From a virus, in the IMG/VR virus record IMGVR_UViG_3300037851_000215, positions 1 through 64,000 of that record: a stretch of 64,000 nt of DNA; one strand, given 5' to 3'. This document shows, one piece after another, positions 45,154-54,529 of this stretch (position 1 is its first letter; every line of letters starts with the position of its first letter). The notes beneath the pieces were generated by a model. It worked only from the letters and a program-made list of their open reading frames with translations. It was not told the DNA's origin and did no database searches. Both the position numbers and the translations under genes were made by a program.

Positions 45154-47427
45154 TTAATTTATATAATATCTATCTACAACTTGTGCTATTGGAATACTTG
45201 TATTACTAGCAGTTAAAAGATAATTTCTAATATAGTAAGGATTGTATCCTGCTTTGAATATTCCTATATCTATATAAGTAGATGCTGCATATTGATAATT
45301 ATATTCATATGTAGTACCACTATTACTTTGGGTATTTTCTAATTCAGTAGTAGTTCCTGCTTCTAATATAGATATATCACTACCATCGACAAGTCCAGTT
45401 AGTGTTAAAATAACTGGATTTTCAACAGTAACTGTAGCACCAGCTGTTCTTATTGATGGAGTAGATCCACCACTAATTGTTATTGTCATTGAACCAGAAG
45501 CAATATTAATATATATTGCTTCATTACCAGTTGATCCATCTGTTGCGGCATATCCACTAAAATCAAGACCTGTTAAAACTATATCTGCTGCTGTACCACC
45601 AATTTCCATAGCATGACCAGTACCAGCAGAAATAAAATTACTATTTGTAATATTTTCAGCATCAGCTGGAGAAGCAATTGTTATTTTAGAATTATCAAAC
45701 ATACAATCATCTAAAACAGCTGAATTTAAAGTAAACATAGGACAATCTATAAAAGACATAGAGCTTAATTCAACTGAACTACGTAATGTGACTGTAGCAT
45801 TAACAACCGATGTACCAGCAAAATCTAAATCTGCACTTGCACTATGACTTGCATTAAATCTCCAATAGTAAGGGCTTTCTGATGTAAATACACAATTTGT
45901 AAAAGCAAGACTATCGCCAGATAAACCATAAAATTCATAACCCATATGATTATTATCTACATGGAAATCAAGATTAGTTGTCTCATTAGCTTTTTTAGGA
46001 TACTGAAATACGTTTAGATTACAGCCTATAAAAGTTGCATCTGCACCGCCAAACTTAATCCTTGTCCATAACATACCAGTAGAACCAGCTACTTGAATAA
46101 GTGGTATATCAGAACTTCCTTTATTAATTGCAGTTACAAGATCATCAAAATTAAGCGGGTTAGATGATGTTCCACCAAGTATCTGCGATTCATTAAGTAA
46201 CCATAATTGAGAAAAATCTAATTGTGTAGCACCATAATATCCTTGTGCTGCAAAATAAATATCATTTATAGCATTGTAAGCTATTGTACCACTAGTTGCA
46301 TAACTAGTATCACTGCTCCCATTAACCTGTATTGCGAAGTTCTGCATATCCCAAGGTTTAGTAGTCTTTGCAAGCTGAGCACCAATAGTCCAAAATTTAT
46401 AATCATTATCTGCATCTGCTATACCAATAAGAACTCCACCAGTAGAAGATATACCAGAATCAAGATAATCTCTAGGACTTGTATATTGCCACATACCAAA
46501 TAACACACCACTACCAGCAGTAAAATCTTCTGCTGAGGTAAATGTTAATTCCTGTCCATATAAAACAGTTGTAGAAGAAGTAGCATTAAATCTTAATACA
46601 CCATGAAAAGGATTATATCCAACGTCAGCACTATTTGTTGTATATGCAACATAAGTTAAAGTTTTTGCTCCTACAGTAGTTATATCAAGTGGAGCTACTG
46701 TTTTTAATGCTCCTCTATTAACAGTAGAAACGTTATTATTTAAAACAGATAAAAGAGTTGCAGGAAGATTACTATTACTTACATAAGGTGAAACGGCTGT
46801 ATTATTACCATCATCTTTTATTGTAATAACTAATGCTCTTGTATCATCTGCTATTGTTCCAGCAAAGAATGACGGAACATATATAGCACCTGCTGTTTTT
46901 TTAAAGTCATACCCAACAACTATTGAGTTAGCTCCTGTATCACCACCAAATAATTGTATTATTCCAGGTAAAGCAAAAGTACCATATACAGCATCACCAC
47001 CAAGACAGTGTATAACTAATTCATTGTTTTGAGTAGTTGTAGCAGACATACCTGTAAATGGAAGAGAACTATCATCAGAACCAGTTGCAGCTGCTTGATC
47101 TATCGCATCAGAACCATCAGTTGTAGAACCATCCCAATACTGTCCACGTATAGAAATTACTACACCTATACAAGTTTCACTTGTTAATGTAAAAGTAACT
47201 GTTTCAGAACTTGATGCAGCTCGTTTAGTATAAATACCAGTAGCATGTCCTGCTCCTAGAATAGTAGTAGCAGCAGACCATCCAGCAGGAGTTGTAAAAG
47301 CACTAGCTGTATCTTTATTTAAACAAGCTACAAGTAAATCACCTGCTTCATGAACAGGCATATTCATTACCATATTTGCTGTAGCAACAGTATAAATAGT
47401 AGTAGCGTGATCTATAATTCTTGCCAT
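45154..47427 (-). CDS. Putative spike/adhesin (N-terminal beta-sandwich, beta-helix-like C-half)
   Basis: P....GDLLV...PAGW motif; FTNCVF/LDDCMF beta-helix-like repeats; C-terminal DRYY. Confidence 0.55.
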   Translation of the reverse strand: MARIIDHATTIYTVATANMVMNMPVHEAGDLLVACLNKDTASAFTTPAGWSAATTILGAGHATGIYTKRAASSSETVTFTLTSETCIGVVISIRGQYWDGSTTDGSDAIDQAAATGSDDSSLPFTGMSATTTQNNELVIHCLGGDAVYGTFALPGIIQLFGGDTGANSIVVGYDFKKTAGAIYVPSFFAGTIADDTRALVITIKDDGNNTAVSPYVSNSNLPATLLSVLNNNVSTVNRGALKTVAPLDITTVGAKTLTYVAYTTNSADVGYNPFHGVLRFNATSSTTVLYGQELTFTSAEDFTAGSGVLFGMWQYTSPRDYLDSGISSTGGVLIGIADADNDYKFWTIGAQLAKTTKPWDMQNFAIQVNGSSDTSYATSGTIAYNAINDIYFAAQGYYGATQLDFSQLWLLNESQILGGTSSNPLNFDDLVTAINKGSSDIPLIQVAGSTGMLWTRIKFGGADATFIGCNLNVFQYPKKANETTNLDFHVDNNHMGYEFYGLSGDSLAFTNCVFTSESPYYWRFNASHSASADLDFAGTSVVNATVTLRSSVELSSMSFIDCPMFTLNSAVLDDCMFDNSKITIASPADAENITNSNFISAGTGHAMEIGGTAADIVLTGLDFSGYAATDGSTGNEAIYINIASGSMTITISGGSTPSIRTAGATVTVENPVILTLTGLVDGSDISILEAGTTTELENTQSNSGTTYEYNYQYAASTYIDIGIFKAGYNPYYIRNYLLTASNTSIPIAQVVDRYYIN

Positions 47428-47429
47428 AA

Positions 47430-48065
47430 TTAATCTGTTAAATAACTTATACCACCATAATGACCAAGTTTAATATTTCTATTGATCCAAATATCTCCAC
47501 CTATCTTTCTCCATCTCATACCAAAAGCAGCATCTTCATGTACAAGTAATTTATTTTCATTATCTATATAAGGTGAATAATAATCATGTATAAGTATTCT
47601 ATTAGGCCCATGTATTAAAGTAGTAACTTTATTAAGTTTTTCAAATACTGATTTTTTAATTAAATTAAAACCAGCACCAACATAATTTACTTTAGTTATT
47701 GGTTCATCTGTTGTTTCTTCACATGGATTAACACAAAGTTCAACTTTTTGCCATTTTTTTAATCTATAAGGAGCAGCTGCAAATTCAACATCCATATCTA
47801 ATAATACTAAAACATCTTTTGGACGAAATTGTATATCTGCATCAATACAAAGTAAATGAGTATAACCTAAATCTAAAAAACTAGCAGCAATATGATTTCT
47901 TGTTGATGGAATAAATGATTCATTAGATGGAGTTATTATATCACAAGCTATATTTTTTTTAGTTAACAGTTTAGATAAAGAAAACAGAGAACTAGCTGTA
48001 TAACTATGCATTTGTGCTCCATAACAAGGAACAGCTACTAATATACCTATTTTAGAATAATCCAT
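47430..48065 (-). CDS. GT-A fold glycosyltransferase
   Basis: VAVPCY, RNHIA..FL, IDAD (DxD), GAGFNLIKKSVF, ED..F, GH.G. Confidence 0.85.
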   Translation of the reverse strand: MDYSKIGILVAVPCYGAQMHSYTASSLFSLSKLLTKKNIACDIITPSNESFIPSTRNHIAASFLDLGYTHLLCIDADIQFRPKDVLVLLDMDVEFAAAPYRLKKWQKVELCVNPCEETTDEPITKVNYVGAGFNLIKKSVFEKLNKVTTLIHGPNRILIHDYYSPYIDNENKLLVHEDAAFGMRWRKIGGDIWINRNIKLGHYGGISYLTD

Positions 48066-48068
48066 ATC

Positions 48069-48560
48069 TTATTTATTCTGTTTAGCAATAATAGTTTTCA
48101 TATTACCATTATTATCTCTAATAATGTCAAAAGACCAACTATTTAATTTATTTAAACTTGTATTTATACTTTTTAATTCATCTTTAAGAGATGAATTTTT
48201 AATTGCACTTTCTATTGCAAGTAATTCTTTTGAATTATTAATTTTAGATATAGTTAATAAATTATTATCAATCTTAGTTAAAACATCTGTATAATCAGTA
48301 GTTTTAATTTTTAAATTTATATCACTAATTAAAATAGATAATATATCAATTAATGATTTAACTTCATCTAATTTATTGTTAATAACAATAGGTTGTTGTT
48401 TTAATTTGATATCAGTACTTAAAACATTAGTAGTACTTGTTAAATTAGATAATGCTTCAGTTAATTTATCTAATAAATCTAGTAATACATTATCTTTTTG
48501 ATTAGAAGATAAAGCAATAATATCACGAAGTTCTTCTAATATTATCTTATATTCATCCAT
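48069..48560 (-). CDS. Coiled-coil protein with a C-terminal beta-hairpin (WSFDIIRDNNG)
   Basis: Heptad-rich ORF. Confidence 0.55.
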   Translation of the reverse strand: MDEYKIILEELRDIIALSSNQKDNVLLDLLDKLTEALSNLTSTTNVLSTDIKLKQQPIVINNKLDEVKSLIDILSILISDINLKIKTTDYTDVLTKIDNNLLTISKINNSKELLAIESAIKNSSLKDELKSINTSLNKLNSWSFDIIRDNNGNMKTIIAKQNK

Positions 48561-48561
48561 A

Positions 48562-51500
48562 TTATAATAATGAATTAAAATCTTTTATTTTACCTCTAAA
48601 TAATCTTTGTGCATCAGATGCTCTCATTTTACCAGCAGATGTATTAACTATTTTATTTCTACTTTTAGTAGGTATAACAAAATTATCTGATCTAAATTTA
48701 TTAGTTTTTCCATAGCAAGGTTCACCTGTTTTATCATCAACAAAAGTAACATCATTTAAATCTATCGGTTCTTGTAAATTATTTGCAGATGGAATATTAC
48801 TACTAAAAACAGCAAGTTTTTCACTTATATCAATATCACTATCACCAAAATCCCAATCATCTTCTGTAAGTCCTATATCAGAAACTACTCCAGTATAATG
48901 TTGTTCTGTAATAAATTGTTCAAATATAGTATTTAATTCATCTAATTTAGTACCAGTAATACCAAAAGCATTAGCTAATTCTCGTATTATTTCTTTTAAT
49001 CTTGTCCAAAAACTAACAGTAACGTTATCTTTTTCTGTTTTAACTGTATCTAAAAACTTAGCAAAATCAACATCAGTAAGACCATATGTTAATATTTCTT
49101 CAACATCTTTATCATTAATAATAGCTAATAATTTATTATCAATTTCTGTTTTATCTGGTTTAGAAACTAATGCTTTATATTGTTCTGTATTTTTTAATTC
49201 ATCTCTAAATGTAGTAAGTGCATTTAATAATTCAGTACGTGCTTCAATTGATTTACTACCAATTAAACTATGTAGTATTTCATGTACTAATATAAGTGTA
49301 GCACTAGTAGGATTGTTTTTATACGCTTCTACCCACTTTTCATTTACAGATATAGATTTATCAGCAACATTATACCAAGCATATCTATTACTATATTGAC
49401 CAGTAACAATACCATTAAATTTAACATTGTCCGATATAACTAATTGATCTAAAATTGCTAATATAAAATCATATCTACTATCTAATTTAAACGTATTACT
49501 AAATTCTCTAAAAGTAGAAGTTTTTGTATTACTATCTAAATTACTTGTGTCAATATTTATTGCTAATGGTAACCCCCCTTTATTATTGACAGCAGTAGGC
49601 ATAAAGTTACTAATCTTATTACCATCTTTGTCAGTAACCATTCCTACATCAGTAACTATAACATTTGTATTGATTAAATATTCACTATAACTATTGTAAG
49701 TATTACCTAAAATATCAGTATATTTATTACCACTAAAGTTTTTATATTTAACAGTACGAGTTAATTTACCTAATTCTTTAGTAAATTGAGCTAAATCAAT
49801 ATTCTTTTCAACTAATAAATCAGTTCCATTTTTACGTTCAATTCTATTATATTTAATAGAATTTTCATAAAAATTATATATAATAACTTGTTCTCTGCCT
49901 TGTTCATCAATAGTTATAAATCTAGCATCCTTATATGATAAATTTAAAATATTCTTTCTAGCAATACCATCATGATAAATTGTAAATATTTCTTCTATTT
50001 TTTCGTATATTGATGTAGCAATAGTATGATTTATTTCAACAGAATCTGTTTTATCAACTCTAATTTTACCATATTCCTGAATCAATCTAACTACTTCAGT
50101 TAATAATGCATTACCATCAGGAGAAGATAATAAATTACCATTTAATGTATTTAAATAAATTGGAACAGGAATAGTTGTATCTCTTCCTTCAACTCCTACA
50201 TATAAACTATGAGTATATTTAGGTTTAATAGAAACATGTGTATCATTAGGATCAGATACATTTTCTATAATTTTATTATGTGATTTAGTATCTAATTTAT
50301 ATAATTTAACTTTACCAGGAGAATTAATAATAGATAAATTATTAAATACCTTATTACCATTCTTATCCAATGCAATAATAACTGATCCACTAGTAATATG
50401 TGAAATAGTAGAAGAAATAGTTACATCAGGATTAGCAGCAATGACTTTACGTATTTTCTTTACATTAATATGATCTCTATATAATTTATCTTTCCAATTA
50501 TATACATTTTGTAAAACATTCTGTTTATTAAATTCAATAGGTGCTGTACCTGTATCACTTTGTCCATAAAATAAAACATTACATATATGCATTAATGCTT
50601 TATTTCCAGCTGTACTTCTAGGATTAATATCACCTAATAAATCAAATATAATTCCAAAACTATCTTCTTTAAGTAATACTTCAAGTTGTTTATTAGCTTC
50701 AGTTATTGTATCAAATTTATTACTATTATACCAACTTTGAATATGTGGAAACAATCGACTTAATAAATCGAGCCTAATATTTGTATTCTTTATATCTCTA
50801 CTTAATTTATCAATCCAATCGGTACCATCAAAACTATATCTTATTCCATGATGTATAGTGTTCGTTGTAGGGATTGCTGAAATGTTAGTAATACCATCTT
50901 TACTTTTTACACCTACAGATATAGGAATTAAATCTGGATTATTTTTATTTTGGCTGAACTCCTGTTGCGTTGAATATTCAGAATTGACCTGCACTATTAC
51001 TGGTGAATTTTTATCCAACTGATTTAAAAGAAGTTTAAGTAAATCAGCATCTTCATTTGAAGACACCATTATATTACCATTTTCAAGAATAGTATAATTT
51101 ACTTCTCTACCACTAAAAACAAAAGTATTGAGACTATTAATTCCACCTGTTTCATTTATGTAATCTATATTATTAAATTCATATTCTTTATTAATGTTTT
51201 CAATACCAAATTCATGAATAATATCATCTGCTGAAATATTATCTACATATTTACGTGTATTATATGTTCTTGTAGTTTTCGTTTCAGGATTAACAGTTGC
51301 ATTACTTATTATTTCATATGCATCTTTTAAATCATTATAATACTCTCTAAATACTTCAGCACCTACTAACTTAGCAAATTTTGCAGCAATAGATTTAAAT
51401 TTAAAAAATGTATTTTTAGGTTTACCATTATGATCAAATTCATTAAATAATGGATCACCATTTGTACTATCATTTATAATACCAGTAATCCATTTATTAG

Positions 51501-54500
51501 CTCTTTCAACTTTAAGGGGAGTGAGTGGATTTTGTGCAGTAAAATCAATAGCTGGTTTAGTATTATCATCTGAATTAACAGCTCTAAATCCAGCAGCATT
51601 ATTAATATGTTCTGAAACAACTGCTTTATTTGCATCTTCTAATGTAATATCAGCAATATAACCACTAAGTAATAATATTTCATTAATTAATTCTTCTAAC
51701 TTATTAAATTTAGAAAAATAATTAAATACAGCAGTTAAATCTTTTTTAATATTCTGTTTAGCTACATCACTTAATTCATTTCCTTGCATAATAGCAAGTA
51801 ATGTATTATAAATATTGTCTGTACCAGCAGCAGCTTTACGTAATTCATTTTCAACTAATGCTATAATACGTTCATCACGTTTACCTGTATATTTAACAGG
51901 TTCTGTGCTTAATTCATTAGTTTTAAAGATATCACTTAGTTTATCTACTATTTCTTGATTACTAGTTGCAATAGATTCACTAACTGATTTTTGTGAAAGT
52001 CGCCTATTCTTTTCTTCAATTAAAAATTGTTTAGTATTAGTTAAAGAAGATGTATATAATTCAATACGACTATTATCTAACTTAGCTAAAGGATCATTAG
52101 CTTCAGCAAATGGATCGATTTTAGTTTCTTTAATAGACTTAATATAATCGTCTATTTTTGCAATTTTAGCATCAATAGTTTCAGCAGTATCTTTATTTTC
52201 TTTATCTAATTTAATTTCAGCATTAATCTTGTCTTTAAACTGCCTAAATTGATATTCTTGTCTATCATTCTTTTCTTTTTTAAGTTGTTTTTCAACAATA
52301 GGAATACTTTTATCAGTATTTAATAATTCTTCGTACTTAGTATTATCAGCTTGAATAAATATTTCAAATAACTTAGCATCAACTTCTTTATCAATTATAT
52401 CAGAAATAGAATTAAAATCACCAAGTGCTTCGTTATCTCCTAACTCTTTTCTCTTAGCTTTAATATCATTTTTAATTTCTTCAGCTCTAGTTTCTAATAC
52501 TTTTCTTCTAGTTTCGTTATTTTCAGAACTAATATATGTATCAATAAAAGAAATAACTCTACTATTTACAATATTTTCTAATGTACCATCTAAATCTTTA
52601 TCTTTATTCTGTTCCTTAAGAGTATCATATGCAGGATTATTATTTTTTAGTTTACTTATTTCAGTTTTAATATTAGCATATGTTTTCTTATAATGATTAA
52701 TATCATTTTTAATAGAAACTGCTTTACCTAGAATAGCTTCTCTTATCCAAGGTTTAGTAACAGTACTATTAAATATTTTACCATAAACTTGTTTATATGT
52801 AGTTTCAGCATCTAATACATGTTGAGTTAAATCAGCTAATGTAGTGTCAAATGTATTTTCATCTGTAATTCCTAGTTCAATCAATTTAGTTTTAAATTCA
52901 GGATGTTTAAGCATATCAAGTAATAAATCAATATTACCATGTCTACTTGCATTTAAACCTAAACTATAACCTAATGATTGAAGTTCTTTTTTACTAAGAT
53001 TATTTATTGCATTTGCTATCTCAACATCATTGCCTTGTAACTTAGTTCCATTATTTGGATTTATACCATTATTAATTAAATCTAATTTACGTTTAGATTC
53101 AGCTATAATTAAAAATCTATTTTTAATTTCTTCTACTTTTGCATCAGCACTATATGGATTTTTTTCATCAAATAACATTTCTTTAGCTGATCTATACAAT
53201 CTAGTACCACCACTAAATGTAACACCACCTAAAAATCCCCAAAATGCTTGTTCCCATGAAGAAGGATCATTTAAATATTCATTTAATCTATCTTTAAAAT
53301 CACTATCTTTTTCTTTACCTAATAAATATTTACCATACCAATTAGCATCACTTTGTGAAATAGCATTTATAAGTTCTTCTGCACCTTCACTGACTTGTTC
53401 ACCGATAAATATAGAACTCCCCTTTAAAAAAGAAAGTGCTGCCACATTAGATTTAGCTGCGGCTCTAACTGCTGATTTACCAGTAGCTCCTAATTCTTGT
53501 TTAACAGGAGTTAATAAATTAGCTTGATATGCAGTAGCTTTTCCAGATTGTAAACCAGCTCTAGTAATAACTTTGTTAGGTTTGAATATAGGAGCTAATT
53601 GCATCATATCAAATACAAGATTAACAGCATTCATTCCATAATTCTTCCATGCTGCTTTACTTGCAATAAATTCAGCTAAACCTGTTTTAGTAGCCGTTTT
53701 ATGTTCTTTGATATATTCTTGTCCAATTTCAGAAGAAAGTAGTTTATTATATTCATTATCATCTGAAATAGTTTCTAATACTTCATTTCTAATAGTATTA
53801 AAAGATTGACTACTTTCTCTCATGTTCTCAGCATTACGCATAGCAAGAGAAGAAGTCATTAATTGTTGCCAATATCTTTCAGTATCAGTTATATCAGAAG
53901 CAATACCTAATCCTTTTCTAATAGCTTTTGTTTTACTAGCTTCAGAAAGTGTTTTTAATAATTTACTAAAATAACCAGTTGCTTTACTAGCACCTAATGC
54001 AGGAATAAACAAACCTGCTGTACTAAATACACTTACAAAATTACCAGTCCACCAACCTAAATCTTTCCAATCAAATGCTTTGTCTGGATTATATCTAAAA
54101 ATAGGATTAGTTTCTTTTAATTCTTCACTTATATTATCTGCTAATTTAGTAAAAAAGTTATTAAAATCAGCATCTTTATTAAAAATCTCTTCAAACAAAC
54201 TAACAGGTAATTCTAATAAACTACCAGCACCACCAATAAATCCTTGAGCTAATATTTCACCTACTCCACCCTGTACAAACATATTACCAATCTTACTACC
54301 AGCAGATTGATTAGCAGCAGCTTGTCTTTCTAAATTAACATTAGGATAAATTTCATTGATAAATTTTCTATATTTATCAATATTTTCAAAATTGTATCCA
54401 ACTAAACTTTCTTGAATAGTAGGTTTAGCAACAACATCATATCCTAATGCCGTATTTATAGATTTAGGTGCTTCTTTAGAACCAGATAAAGCAAGTGATA

Positions 54501-54528
54501 GATCAATGGATTTATTAACTAAGTCCAT
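48562..54528 (-). CDS. Large ejection/cargo protein with TM-like helices and a C-terminal zincin metallopeptidase domain
   Basis: Gly/hydrophobic helices, EGAEE motif, HEILH (49270-49284) plus downstream EE; neighbourhood of vRNAP as in crAss-like phages. Confidence 0.75.
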   Translation of the reverse strand: MDLVNKSIDLSLALSGSKEAPKSINTALGYDVVAKPTIQESLVGYNFENIDKYRKFINEIYPNVNLERQAAANQSAGSKIGNMFVQGGVGEILAQGFIGGAGSLLELPVSLFEEIFNKDADFNNFFTKLADNISEELKETNPIFRYNPDKAFDWKDLGWWTGNFVSVFSTAGLFIPALGASKATGYFSKLLKTLSEASKTKAIRKGLGIASDITDTERYWQQLMTSSLAMRNAENMRESSQSFNTIRNEVLETISDDNEYNKLLSSEIGQEYIKEHKTATKTGLAEFIASKAAWKNYGMNAVNLVFDMMQLAPIFKPNKVITRAGLQSGKATAYQANLLTPVKQELGATGKSAVRAAAKSNVAALSFLKGSSIFIGEQVSEGAEELINAISQSDANWYGKYLLGKEKDSDFKDRLNEYLNDPSSWEQAFWGFLGGVTFSGGTRLYRSAKEMLFDEKNPYSADAKVEEIKNRFLIIAESKRKLDLINNGINPNNGTKLQGNDVEIANAINNLSKKELQSLGYSLGLNASRHGNIDLLLDMLKHPEFKTKLIELGITDENTFDTTLADLTQHVLDAETTYKQVYGKIFNSTVTKPWIREAILGKAVSIKNDINHYKKTYANIKTEISKLKNNNPAYDTLKEQNKDKDLDGTLENIVNSRVISFIDTYISSENNETRRKVLETRAEEIKNDIKAKRKELGDNEALGDFNSISDIIDKEVDAKLFEIFIQADNTKYEELLNTDKSIPIVEKQLKKEKNDRQEYQFRQFKDKINAEIKLDKENKDTAETIDAKIAKIDDYIKSIKETKIDPFAEANDPLAKLDNSRIELYTSSLTNTKQFLIEEKNRRLSQKSVSESIATSNQEIVDKLSDIFKTNELSTEPVKYTGKRDERIIALVENELRKAAAGTDNIYNTLLAIMQGNELSDVAKQNIKKDLTAVFNYFSKFNKLEELINEILLLSGYIADITLEDANKAVVSEHINNAAGFRAVNSDDNTKPAIDFTAQNPLTPLKVERANKWITGIINDSTNGDPLFNEFDHNGKPKNTFFKFKSIAAKFAKLVGAEVFREYYNDLKDAYEIISNATVNPETKTTRTYNTRKYVDNISADDIIHEFGIENINKEYEFNNIDYINETGGINSLNTFVFSGREVNYTILENGNIMVSSNEDADLLKLLLNQLDKNSPVIVQVNSEYSTQQEFSQNKNNPDLIPISVGVKSKDGITNISAIPTTNTIHHGIRYSFDGTDWIDKLSRDIKNTNIRLDLLSRLFPHIQSWYNSNKFDTITEANKQLEVLLKEDSFGIIFDLLGDINPRSTAGNKALMHICNVLFYGQSDTGTAPIEFNKQNVLQNVYNWKDKLYRDHINVKKIRKVIAANPDVTISSTISHITSGSVIIALDKNGNKVFNNLSIINSPGKVKLYKLDTKSHNKIIENVSDPNDTHVSIKPKYTHSLYVGVEGRDTTIPVPIYLNTLNGNLLSSPDGNALLTEVVRLIQEYGKIRVDKTDSVEINHTIATSIYEKIEEIFTIYHDGIARKNILNLSYKDARFITIDEQGREQVIIYNFYENSIKYNRIERKNGTDLLVEKNIDLAQFTKELGKLTRTVKYKNFSGNKYTDILGNTYNSYSEYLINTNVIVTDVGMVTDKDGNKISNFMPTAVNNKGGLPLAINIDTSNLDSNTKTSTFREFSNTFKLDSRYDFILAILDQLVISDNVKFNGIVTGQYSNRYAWYNVADKSISVNEKWVEAYKNNPTSATLILVHEILHSLIGSKSIEARTELLNALTTFRDELKNTEQYKALVSKPDKTEIDNKLLAIINDKDVEEILTYGLTDVDFAKFLDTVKTEKDNVTVSFWTRLKEIIRELANAFGITGTKLDELNTIFEQFITEQHYTGVVSDIGLTEDDWDFGDSDIDISEKLAVFSSNIPSANNLQEPIDLNDVTFVDDKTGEPCYGKTNKFRSDNFVIPTKSRNKIVNTSAGKMRASDAQRLFRGKIKDFNSLL

Positions 54529-54529
54529 A

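Noticed and set aside
42902-47427. Diversity-generating retroelement or invertible receptor cassette
   Set aside because: No reverse transcriptase, recombinase, template/variable repeat pair or flanking inverted repeats seen
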